From contig JACRBR010000354.1 in assembly GCA_016213125.1 (NCBI GenBank), forward strand, positions 1 to 40,026: a stretch of 40,026 nt of DNA. The letters are read 5' to 3'. Below the pieces are notes generated by a model that was given only the letters and a program-made list of their open reading frames with translations, searched no databases and was not told the DNA's origin. Shown here one piece after another: positions 1 through 7,993 of this stretch. The position numbers and the translations under genes were made by a program. Every line of letters starts with the position of its first letter. Position 1 is the stretch's first letter. This DNA is from Chloroflexota bacterium (GTDB lineage: Bacteria > Chloroflexota > Dehalococcoidia > DSTF01 > JACRBR01).

Positions 1-420
1 AACAACCCAGGCTGCAAGCCCGGCCATGACCGCCGCACAGACAGACGCCTCCATCGACGCCACGACCCCACGAGACACAGGATCCAGCCGTGCCGCGAGC
101 ATGCTCAACGCGAACGCCAGCGCGCCGAATGTCGCTGGTGCGCGCCGTCCCAGGAGCGCCCCCATCGCCAGGGCTCCGGCAATGAGTGCCCACGCCACCA
201 GCGGGAGCGCTTGGTGGCCCAGCCGCTCGATCGCCTCCGTCGCGATCGAACCGGGCGCGTGGCGCACAAGCCTGTTGCCCAGCGCATACGGCGCGAACGG
301 CAAGCCCGGTGCCGCTTCGTGAAGAAGATACTCCGAGAGAAGCCCAACGCCCGCTGCGGCCAGCCCGGGCCTGGTGAAAAACCAGACCCGGGCCAGCCGC
401 GTTGGAGGGGAGGAGGTCAT
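1..420 (-). CDS. Partial hydrophobic membrane protein of unknown function (3' end lies beyond window start)
   Basis: Checked codon by codon: the frame is open from ATG 420..418 to position 1. It is absent from the ORF track because no stop lies in the window. Its ATG shares one base with the TGA of the upstream cupredoxin gene (TGATG). Translation MTSSPPTRLARVWFF...LPLVAWALIAGALAMGALLG...AAVMAGLAAWVV has hydrophobic helices. Confidence 0.5.
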   Translation of the reverse strand, partial: MTSSPPTRLARVWFFTRPGLAAAGVGLLSEYLLHEAAPGLPFAPYALGNRLVRHAPGSIATEAIERLGHQALPLVAWALIAGALAMGALLGRRAPATFGALAFALSMLAARLDPVSRGVVASMEASVCAAVMAGLAAWVV

Positions 421-905
421 CAAGTTCCGGCTGGTATCAGCGATCCCACCATGCCCGACGTGCGATGGTATTTGCACACGTAGGGCACGGCGCCACCGTC
501 CAGCTTTATTTGAACCGTGATCAGTTCGCCCGGCGCCACGTCCATGTCAATGTTCTGGTTGGCGATGCTTACGTTGTGCAGCGCCGCTCCAGTGTTGCTA
601 ACCACCATGGTGACGATTCCCGGCTGAAGAGCCGTCACGCAGGTCGGCGAAAAGAAGGAGTCACCCGCCTCCACCTCCATCGTCGTCCCCGCCGCCGCAA
701 CAGCGCCGTGGTCATTGATGTTGCCGGTCAGCCCGCTGTTGGCAGGACACGTCGCCGCGGCCGCATTCGTCGTGGCGACGGGACTGGCGACGTTCGTGTT
801 ACTGGCTGCCGGCGAGGCCGTCGCGGCATCATCCCCGCTCGAACAAGCGGCTGTCAGCAACACGAGCCCTGCGATGCCCCCAAACAGTGTCCAGCGAGAC
901 CTCAT
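420..905 (-). CDS. Cupredoxin (type-1 blue copper) lipoprotein
   Basis: ORF track 420..908. The second Met (ATG 905) overlaps the TGA of the upstream gene. Signal peptide with lipobox LLTAAC. Cupredoxin ligand pattern: His (ALHNVS) plus C-x2-H-x4-M (VCKYHRTSGM). Confidence 0.85.
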   Translation of the reverse strand: MRSRWTLFGGIAGLVLLTAACSSGDDAATASPAASNTNVASPVATTNAAAATCPANSGLTGNINDHGAVAAAGTTMEVEAGDSFFSPTCVTALQPGIVTMVVSNTGAALHNVSIANQNIDMDVAPGELITVQIKLDGGAVPYVCKYHRTSGMVGSLIPAGT

Positions 906-1792
906 CACTGGATCTTCACCTCCACCTTGTCGGAAACTTCCGGCGCCAGCGGCGCGTGGCCGTTGTCCGTCAGGAGCGGGATGAGCGTGTGCGTCGAACC
1001 CGGCTCGAATCCGGCCGTCGAGGCGTGGAACACGGTAGTGCAGCTCATGCCCGCCATCGTGCCCATGCCCATCATCGGGCCTGTGGTGCTGTCGAAGTTG
1101 AGATGCCAGTGCCCGTATCCCGCCACGGCCGGCTTGCCGAACAGGTCGCAGCTGAGGTTGAAGTTCTGCACCTCGACCACGATGTCGAAGTTCCCGGAGA
1201 CGGTGTCGCCCGCTTTGGGGCTGATGATCTTGATCGTGGGGGCGGCGGCGGAGGTCGCGTCCGCTATTTCCGCCAACGGGTTGGTGGGCTGGTAGTCGAT
1301 CGTCACGGAAACCGCGTTGTCATGCACCTCTGCGTGGTCGTTTTGCGCCGGCACAATCGTGAGCGTGTGCTTACCCGGCTTCACGTTCTGCAGCGAGATC
1401 GTGGTTTGCGGCGTGCACACCATGTCGATGAGTGACCTGTCGATCTCCGTGTGATAGTGCCCATTGCCCTCTTTCACGGGCTTGCCCGCCTCATCGCAGG
1501 TCAGTTCGAATCCGGTCGCCGTGACATCGAGCGTCACCTCGTTGGCGGTGATGATCGCGCCATCGGCCGGCGCGATGATCGCCAGCTTCATGTTCTCGGC
1601 CCCGGGCTGCATGGGCATCATCTCGGGCGTTGCCGCGCTCGCCGCGGCCGTTGTGGGCGCCGTCGTCGGTGCCTGCGTAGCGGCCGGCAGCGCCGTCGGC
1701 GTGTCGTCCTCCGTGTCGCTGTCGCCGCACGCGGCGGCGATGAGTGCTACGCCGGCGACGGCCAGCACAAGATGTGGAATACGCACCTTCAT
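905..1792 (-). CDS. Lipoprotein with two DUF4399-like repeats (GHYH / GHWH motifs)
   Basis: ORF track 905..1822, with the start moved to MKVRIPHL (ATG 1792, GGGAGA upstream). Lipobox LIAAAC. Two internal repeats (IIAPADGAII...GKPVKEGNGHYHTEID and IISPKAGDTV...GKPAVAGYGHWHLNFD) match the pattern I associate with DUF4399. Confidence 0.75.
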   Translation of the reverse strand: MKVRIPHLVLAVAGVALIAAACGDSDTEDDTPTALPAATQAPTTAPTTAAASAATPEMMPMQPGAENMKLAIIAPADGAIITANEVTLDVTATGFELTCDEAGKPVKEGNGHYHTEIDRSLIDMVCTPQTTISLQNVKPGKHTLTIVPAQNDHAEVHDNAVSVTIDYQPTNPLAEIADATSAAAPTIKIISPKAGDTVSGNFDIVVEVQNFNLSCDLFGKPAVAGYGHWHLNFDSTTGPMMGMGTMAGMSCTTVFHASTAGFEPGSTHTLIPLLTDNGHAPLAPEVSDKVEVKIQ

Positions 1793-2081
1793 TGGAATCT
1801 CCCTTCTCTCTCCTCCGGCCAATTTCCTTTGTAGCGTGGATCACACAGACCCGCGCCTCTGTGAGCGGCGTCACAGTGGGCAGGGTCGTCATCCTTGGCG
1901 GTTCTCGGGTCGAGCATCGGCTGACCAAAATGGAGGTCGACAGGACAATGCCAGGTCACGGTGTGATCTTGATCACCGAGGGCGACCCGCCGTACCGAAT
2001 AGGGTGAGTGCAGAACTAGGGCCGGACGGACAGGCAGATGTTGTCCGGAGCCGACCTGCTCGGAAGAAGGAGAACCGGATC

Positions 2082-2606
2082 GTGAATGCTGAAGTGGCAA
2101 TAATTGCCGGACTGATTGGCGGCGCGGCGATGGTGGCGATGCTCTATGCGGCCATGTGGTTGCTCCCCGACCAGATACGGATGAATCTTCTCCTTCTCGT
2201 GGGCACGATGTTCGCGCCCGCGAGCGGGGCTGCGTACGGCATCGGCTTCATGATCCATATGATGATGAGTGGTGCGTTTGGCCTCGCCCATGGCGCCCTG
2301 ATCGAGTCGGCCGGTGTCACCTCAGCCGGAGCGGGGGCGGGCTACGGCGCCGTCTTTGGCCTCGGTCACGCCCTTGCGGCAGGAATGGCCCTCGGCATGA
2401 TGCCGGCGCTCCATCCCCGAATGCGCAAGTCGGAGCACGCGCTTACACCCGCGTTTGCCGGCGGCCCCGGCCCTTCGAACGGAGAACTGCTGGAACCGCC
2501 GGGTTTCTTTGGGCTCAACTACCCTCGGATGACGACCGCCGGCTTCTTCGCCTTGCATGTCATGTTTGGCGTCATCGTCGGCGTGGGCTACGGCGCCTGG
2601 GCGTAG
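2082..2606 (+). CDS. Small polytopic membrane protein, function unknown
   Basis: This is the 3' part of ORF 1464..2606; the 5' part of that ORF is antisense to the lipoprotein gene. GTG 2082 is preceded by AAGGAG (2067-2072). Gly/Ala/Met-rich with about four hydrophobic helices. Confidence 0.6.
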   Translation: MNAEVAIIAGLIGGAAMVAMLYAAMWLLPDQIRMNLLLLVGTMFAPASGAAYGIGFMIHMMMSGAFGLAHGALIESAGVTSAGAGAGYGAVFGLGHALAAGMALGMMPALHPRMRKSEHALTPAFAGGPGPSNGELLEPPGFFGLNYPRMTTAGFFALHVMFGVIVGVGYGAWA

Positions 2607-2644
2607 TCCGTCGGTCCAGGGTTCGAATCCCTGAGGGCGCACCA
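2607..2644 (+). other. tRNA 3'-half remnant (variable loop, T-arm, acceptor 3' strand, CCA); possible att-site scar
   Basis: CGGTC | CAGGG-TTCGAAT-CCCTG | AGGGCGC-A-CCA is a canonical T-arm and acceptor end. The sequence upstream does not fold into anticodon or D arms. It abuts the TAG stop (2604-2606) of the membrane protein gene. Confidence 0.55.
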
Positions 2645-2747
2645 CCAACCTCGCCCTGCCCCGCGCTGATCCCAGTCGACCGGCACGGGCGTGCAATTTC
2701 GCTCCCCCGACGCCAACCGGGCACGGCGCTCCCGCGGCCGTCGGCGC

Positions 2748-2772
2748 TTCCGGGGCCAAAGGGCCCCCGGAA
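2748..2772 (+). terminator. GC-rich hairpin, possible terminator
   Basis: TTCCGGGGCC-AAA-GGGCCCCCGGAA (one bulged C) followed by TT. It lies in the non-coding stretch after 2082..2606. Confidence 0.3.
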
Positions 2773-2922
2773 TTATGGGCCGGAGGCACCTGCGCGAACC
2801 CGCCGCGCGGCCATAGGCTGCCTGAACCTGGAAGAGGCGCCGAGCGGCGGCACGCAACGGTAGACCGTCAAGAGGTACGAACACATGGCGAAGCCAGCGC
2901 CGCGTCGCCCGGCGACCGCACG

Positions 2923-3297
2923 ATGAGTGGTCACGAGTGGCTCATCGGGCTCTACGCCCTGAACTTCTCGCTGTTGATGACCCATCAGGTCGACTCCTCC
3001 TACTGGGAGGAGTGGGACCTGTTCCACATCCCGGGCGGCAACCAGCTCAACTTGGTATTCAATCTCGTGTTACTGCTCGTCGGAATGGCCGGGTTCGGGT
3101 TCCTGGTGGCCGGCCGTGCCGCGGGCGACTACCTCGCGCTCATTCTGGCCGGAGCCGGCCTCTTCGCGTTCTGCATCCACGCCTTCTTTCTCGCCCGCGG
3201 CGATCAGCGTTTCAGGCAGCCCGCGTCGCTCGTGCTGCTGATCGCCTTGCTCCCGCTCTCGGTGGCCATGGGCCTAACGTCGGTCGCGCGCTTCTGA
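2923..3297 (+). CDS. Small membrane protein (3-4 TM), function unknown
   Basis: ORF track 2923..3297. N-terminal HQVDSSYWEEWDLF motif followed by hydrophobic helices. A hairpin terminator lies downstream. Confidence 0.65.
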   Translation: MSGHEWLIGLYALNFSLLMTHQVDSSYWEEWDLFHIPGGNQLNLVFNLVLLLVGMAGFGFLVAGRAAGDYLALILAGAGLFAFCIHAFFLARGDQRFRQPASLVLLIALLPLSVAMGLTSVARF

Positions 3298-3371
3298 GTG
3301 TTGGCCACAGCAGCAAGGACCTGGTTATCGAGGCGAGTGTGACTCCCGGTCGTTGCAGTGGGGTGCGCGAA

Positions 3372-3397
3372 AGCCGCCGGGGTTGATCCCGGCGGCT
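3372..3397. terminator. Bidirectional hairpin between convergent genes
   Basis: Perfect 10-bp stem AGCCGCCGGG / CCCGGCGGCT with a 6-nt loop, between 2923..3297(+) and 3428..3886(-). Confidence 0.6.
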
Positions 3398-3427
3398 CTT
3401 GATGGATGCTCGCGCGTTGGCCTGAAG

Positions 3428-3886
3428 TCAGTCCACGCTGATGGTTCCGGTCATCGTCGTTGGGTGGGCGTCGCACACGTAGAAGTAGTTCCCCGCTTCC
3501 ATCTCCACCTGCAGCGTCTGCTTGATGGGTCCTGACTCGAGTTCAGTCTTGGCCAGGCTCGAACCCGTGGCGTCGGTTCCCTTGAACACGTGGACGTTGT
3601 GCGGCACGCCACCGTCCTGGTTGTCGAACTCGATGGTCACCGCCCCGGCGGCCGCTTCGAGCTTGTCGGTGCTGAACAGGATGTCCTTGCCGACCAGCGC
3701 CAGCGTGCTCGGCTTCGCCGCCACTGCCTCCGTCGGCGCGGCGGTGGGGGCCGCCTGCGTCGCCGCCGGGGCCGGACTGTTGGCGCTCGGTTCGTCGCTG
3801 TCGCTATCTCCACCACAAGCCGCCGAGCCCAACAGCACCAGGGCTGCTCCAGCGGCTACCACCGTGATCTTCATTCGCAACTGCAT
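3428..3886 (-). CDS. Cupredoxin (plastocyanin/amicyanin-like) lipoprotein
   Basis: ORF track. AGGAGGAGGAG lies 3 nt upstream of ATG 3886. Lipobox LGSAAC. Ligands: His (VPHNVHVF) and C-x2-H-x3-M (VCDAHPTTM). Confidence 0.9.
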   Translation of the reverse strand: MQLRMKITVVAAGAALVLLGSAACGGDSDSDEPSANSPAPAATQAAPTAAPTEAVAAKPSTLALVGKDILFSTDKLEAAAGAVTIEFDNQDGGVPHNVHVFKGTDATGSSLAKTELESGPIKQTLQVEMEAGNYFYVCDAHPTTMTGTISVD

Positions 3887-3950
3887 GTTCTCCTCCTCCT
3901 GAATACACGAACGGTGACCGATGCCGCTCGTGCCCGTTTATCCGTCATCT

Positions 3951-5438
3951 TCAGCTTGCCCGGCGCGCCCAGAGCGAGCCGCTCATCGCACACAGTCCGG
4001 CAAGACCCAGTGCGAGCGCTAGCAGTGTGCGCAGCATGTGGTCGGAGCTCCCTGCGCCGTCCCCCGCGTCCGGTAGCAGCGTTCCTTCGGCCACCGCCTT
4101 CACGATGATCGTGCCGGTCTGTCCCTGGCCCGCGTGCAGCGTGCACTTGTAGCTGTAGCTGCCTGCCGACTTGAACGTGAATGTGTAGCTTTCTCCGCTG
4201 TTCATCAGCTGCTTCGACGCCCACACACCGCTGTCGGCAGTCGTGTTGTGAGGAGCGTTGCCCTTGTTCGTCCACCGGATCGTGTCCCCGACGGCGATGG
4301 TCGTCGCGTTCGGCGAGAACTTGAAGTCCTGCATGGAGACATCCACCGTCATCGGGGCGCGCGAGACGGCCCGCGGGCCCGCTGCCGCGCCACCAGCCGA
4401 CGCTGCCTCGATGTTCGCCGATTCCTCTGCCGCCGCCGGGGCTGTCGCCGCGGCGGCCGGCACCGTTGGCGATGCAACCGCTGAGGTCACAGCGGTGGGG
4501 CTGCTGCCATCCTGCACCACGGTGATGGTGCCGGTCTGGACGTCCGGGTGGATCTCGCACTTGTAGTTGTACGTCCCCGCGGTGTTAAAGGTTTTGTCGA
4601 ACGAGCCTCCGTTGGCGACAATGCTGGAATCCCAGTTGCCGCTCGAGGTTGAGGTGTGCGGGGTGCCACTGTTGTTCACCCAGCGCACCGTGTCGCCCAC
4701 GCGAACGGTCAGGGCGGCCGGCTCGAACAGGTAGTTCTTCATCTGCACCGTCACCGTGTCCGGAAGCGGCGTCGGGGAAAGCGTCGGAGTGGCTGAGGGC
4801 GGCGTCGTGGGTGACGGCACCGGCGTGTTCGTCTGGGTCGGCGTCAGGGTCGGTTCCGCGGTGTTGGTCGCCGTCGAGCCCGGCGGGGGGGTGTTCGTGA
4901 TGGTAGGGGTGTTGCTCGGCGTCGCCGTATCGGGAGCCTGCACCGTCACCTTGCCCACCATCATGCCCGCGGCGATGTTGGCATCGACCACCGTGGGATC
5001 CGCGTCCGCGCGCGCTGCGTGCAGGCTACAGAAGTAGGTGAATGTGCCGGACGCGCTGAAAGTGTGGCTGAAGCTGCTGTTCGCCGTCCCGCTCTTGAGA
5101 TTGGGCGAGTTCCAGACGGCCACGTCGGGTGCGGACTCCTCGAACGACGTGATATCGTGGAACTTGGCGTCGGCTGCGCTGTTCCACGTCACGGTGTCGC
5201 CCTCTGAGATCGTGATGGCGGCGGAGTTGTACTGCTGGACGCCGATGGCGCCGCCTCCATTCGTCTCGCCGATAGTCACGGTGGTTGTTGCGGCGCCCGC
5301 GGGCTGCGGCCGGGCCGCGGACGGCCAGAATGCGACCACCCAGGCCGCGCTCAGCAGGACCACGCCAAACACACCGAGTACCCGGCGGGAAACTGCTAGC
5401 GACATCGTGGCGGTCCGGAATCTGATTTGGGTGTTCAT
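3951..5438 (-). CDS. Exported protein with three cupredoxin domains, Pro/Thr-rich linkers and a C-terminal LPDAG + TM + RR anchor
   Basis: ORF track 3951..5489, with the start moved to MNTQIRF (ATG 5438, GGAG upstream). Signal/TM segment VLGVFGVVLLSAAWVVAF. Copper-site motifs FCSLH...GMMVGK, YKCEIHPDVQTG and YKCTLHAGQGQTG. Linker PSNTPTITNTPPPGSTATNTAEPTLTPTQTNTPVPSPTTPPSATPTLSPTP. Confidence 0.9.
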   Translation of the reverse strand: MNTQIRFRTATMSLAVSRRVLGVFGVVLLSAAWVVAFWPSAARPQPAGAATTTVTIGETNGGGAIGVQQYNSAAITISEGDTVTWNSAADAKFHDITSFEESAPDVAVWNSPNLKSGTANSSFSHTFSASGTFTYFCSLHAARADADPTVVDANIAAGMMVGKVTVQAPDTATPSNTPTITNTPPPGSTATNTAEPTLTPTQTNTPVPSPTTPPSATPTLSPTPLPDTVTVQMKNYLFEPAALTVRVGDTVRWVNNSGTPHTSTSSGNWDSSIVANGGSFDKTFNTAGTYNYKCEIHPDVQTGTITVVQDGSSPTAVTSAVASPTVPAAAATAPAAAEESANIEAASAGGAAAGPRAVSRAPMTVDVSMQDFKFSPNATTIAVGDTIRWTNKGNAPHNTTADSGVWASKQLMNSGESYTFTFKSAGSYSYKCTLHAGQGQTGTIIVKAVAEGTLLPDAGDGAGSSDHMLRTLLALALGLAGLCAMSGSLWARRAS

Positions 5439-5612
5439 GGCTCCATCTCCTTGTTCACAGACAGTCTCCGTCACGCGCGAACCCGCCACAGGTTCGAAGT
5501 GGCCTTATCGGGTCGGGCATATGTACCGATCGGCATCGACCAAGGTCGATCTGTCAGCAAAACCCGCGTCTGGGCTGCATTGTGAGCGGCGTTTCCGGCG
5601 TACAATCGGTGC

Positions 5613-7085
5613 GTGAGCAATCAAGTGACGACAGCGGAGGGGGCCAGCCCCGCAGGTTCAGGCGAATCTGGAGCGCTTCGAGATCTGGCGCTTCGCGGCA
5701 TGCGAGCCGTGGCAGCGCCGATGCGCCGTCTCAGCTTCTCGCAGCAGTTCATGCTCTTCGGCCTCGTCGTGCTGGTGGTCGGGGCCTTTGTCATTGGCCG
5801 GTGGGTTTCGCAGGAGATCGAGCAGGGCGTCGTCGACCGGACGGCAGGGGTGACCGCGCTATACGTAGATAGCTTCATGAGTCCGAATCTTCAGGAGCTG
5901 GAAGACAGCCAGACCATCTCCCCTGCCTACTTCAGCCGCCTGGATTCCCTGCTGACCGAGAGCGAGCTGGGACAGGAGATAGTCTCGTTCAAGGTGTGGT
6001 CGCTCGACGGACGGGTCCTTTATGCGCGCGACCGGTCGCTTGTCGGATCCCAGTTCCCGCTGGAGGACGACCTGCAGGGCGCCATTCAGGGTCGGGTTGT
6101 GGCGGCCATGTCGAACCTCGACGCGGAAGAGAACGCGTCCGAGCGCGCTATCGCAGACCGCCTGTTGGAAACGTACGCTCCGGTCCGGTCTCACAATAAC
6201 AATGACGTGATCGGCGTGATGGAGTTCTACATGTCTCCTGATCAGCTCGAGGAGGACGTGGCGGACTCGCAGATGAAAGGGTGGCTAATCGTCGGCACCA
6301 GCACCATCGTCATGTATCTCCTGCTCGTGGGTATGGTGAACGGTGCGTCCAGCACCATCACGCGACAGAACCGAAATCTGCGCGATCTGCTCGAGCGCAA
6401 CGCCGAGCTGGGCGAGCGCGTGCGCATGGCCGCTGCCAGCAAAGCCGAGACCGACGAGCAGGTCATGATGCGTATCGGCCACGAGCTGCATGACGGCCCG
6501 GCGCAGGACCTGGGTTTGGCGCTCCTGCGGCTGGACGACTTGCGTCAGGCCTGCGATGCGTGCGCGGCAGTCACAAAGCCGCCCCAGGACTTCGAGGCTA
6601 TTCGCGACGCGATGGACCGCGCGCTCCATGAGCTGCGCGACATCGCTTCCGGCCTGCGGCTCCCGGAACTGCAGGCGCTCTCAGTCGAACGTGTCGTCGT
6701 GAGGGCCATCGACGAGCACAAGCGCAAGAGCGGGGCGAGCGTGCACTTCTCCTCAGCTATCGAGAAACTCCCTGCGGACGTGGATACTGCTCACAAGATC
6801 GCCCTGTACCGGGTCACGAAAGAGGCTCTGCACAACGCCTGGAAACACAGTGGGGTCAACGAGGCATCCGTATCCCTGACCGCTGACGCCGGCTGGTTGC
6901 GGCTGGAGATCAGCGACCCCGGTGCGGGATTCGATCCCGGCCGCGTCGATACGCGCACATCGCTGGGCTTGCGTGGCATGCGCGAGCGGATCGAGTTGCT
7001 CGCGGGCCAACTCTCGGTTGAATCGCACTCCAAGACAGGTACAGTGGTCACGGCCCGCGTACCCTATACCCAAAGGGCGAATTGA
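5613..7085 (+). CDS. Sensor histidine kinase, NarL-partner type (HisKA_3 + HATPase_c) with extracytoplasmic sensor domain
   Basis: ORF track (GTG start). Two TM segments flank a ~170-aa loop. H-box HELHDGPAQDL. ATPase motifs ALHNAWKHSG, ISDPGAGF and GLRGMRERIELLAG. Confidence 0.88.
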   Translation: MSNQVTTAEGASPAGSGESGALRDLALRGMRAVAAPMRRLSFSQQFMLFGLVVLVVGAFVIGRWVSQEIEQGVVDRTAGVTALYVDSFMSPNLQELEDSQTISPAYFSRLDSLLTESELGQEIVSFKVWSLDGRVLYARDRSLVGSQFPLEDDLQGAIQGRVVAAMSNLDAEENASERAIADRLLETYAPVRSHNNNDVIGVMEFYMSPDQLEEDVADSQMKGWLIVGTSTIVMYLLLVGMVNGASSTITRQNRNLRDLLERNAELGERVRMAAASKAETDEQVMMRIGHELHDGPAQDLGLALLRLDDLRQACDACAAVTKPPQDFEAIRDAMDRALHELRDIASGLRLPELQALSVERVVVRAIDEHKRKSGASVHFSSAIEKLPADVDTAHKIALYRVTKEALHNAWKHSGVNEASVSLTADAGWLRLEISDPGAGFDPGRVDTRTSLGLRGMRERIELLAGQLSVESHSKTGTVVTARVPYTQRAN

Positions 7086-7726
7086 TGGACAAAATCCGCA
7101 TCCTCCTCGTCGACGACCACGCGCTATTCCGCGAGGGCGTGAAGCACACGCTCACCCGCCACGAGGAGTTCGAGGTGGTGGCCGAGGCCGGCGACGCGGC
7201 GAGCGCACTCGACCGCGCGCGGGCGTTCCTGCCGGACATCGTCTTGCTGGACATCAACCTGCCGGATCGGGCGGGCGTCGACGTCGTAAAGGATCTGCAG
7301 GCGGAGTTGCCGTACTGCAAGGTGATCATGTTGACGATGCTGGAGGACAACGACTCCCTCATGGCGGCCATCACGAATGGCGCGCGGGGATATGTGCTGA
7401 AGGGCGTCGCCGGCGACGAGCTCGCGCGGATCGTCCTCTCAATTCATGCCGGAGAAACCTACGTGACCCCCGCCATGGCCGCTCAGCTCCTCACCGAGCT
7501 TGCGCACCAGGAACACGCCGCCGCGGACCCGCACCACCAGCTCACCGAGCGGGAGCATGCCATCCTGGAGTTGGTAGCGGACGGCAAGACGAACAAGGAG
7601 ATCGGCGCCGTGATGTTCTTGACGGAGAAGACCGTCAAGCACTACATGACCAACATCCTCCAGAAGCTGCAGGTCCGCAACCGCGTCGAGGCCGCGCTCA
7701 AGGCGCGGGACATCCGCCCCCACTGA
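7085..7726 (+). CDS. Response regulator, NarL/FixJ family (REC + LuxR-type HTH)
   Basis: ATG 7085 overlaps the kinase TGA. Motifs: ILLVDDHALFREG, DIVLLDINLPDRAG and LTEREHAILELVADGKTNKEIGAVMFLTEKTVKHYMTNILQKL. Confidence 0.92.
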   Translation: MDKIRILLVDDHALFREGVKHTLTRHEEFEVVAEAGDAASALDRARAFLPDIVLLDINLPDRAGVDVVKDLQAELPYCKVIMLTMLEDNDSLMAAITNGARGYVLKGVAGDELARIVLSIHAGETYVTPAMAAQLLTELAHQEHAAADPHHQLTEREHAILELVADGKTNKEIGAVMFLTEKTVKHYMTNILQKLQVRNRVEAALKARDIRPH

Positions 7727-7780
7727 TTCCAGCCGCTCACCGATAGCTCCAAAGGAATGTGCCTCAAGGTACAGGTCGAT

Positions 7781-7818
7781 GCCGCCTGGGAGCGCCAAAC
7801 GGCCCTCCTCCAGGCGGC
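7781..7818 (+). terminator. Hairpin after the two-component operon
   Basis: 9-bp perfect arms GCCGCCTGG / CCAGGCGGC with a 20-nt loop, 55 nt after the regulator stop. No clear T-tract. Confidence 0.35.
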
Positions 7819-7993
7819 GATGTTCCCCTTCAACGCAAGACCTAGGTCAACGGAAACGTAGACCATCGATCGCAGTCGCCGGAGGTGCGTCTTCTTAGGA
7901 TCAGGTTGAACACGTAGATCCGCGGAACTTCCTCGAGGGAGCACCAACCAGCGGGTCGCGAACCGGAACACCTGATAGGGAGGAAGGCGAGTC

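Noticed and set aside
2569-2644. Full-length tRNA gene ending at the CCA at 2642-2644.
   Set aside because: Only the T-arm and the 3' acceptor strand are canonical. The would-be anticodon stem (2595-2599 / 2607-2611) pairs poorly, the alternative CTACG/CGTAG stem leaves a 9-nt loop, and no D-arm can be drawn. It is kept only as a 3'-half remnant.
2588-2884. 98-aa minus-strand ORF in the 2607-2922 gap.
   Set aside because: Its C-terminal ...LRDSNPGPTDY is the typical antisense translation of a tRNA T-arm. The rest is Arg-rich low complexity with no RBS.
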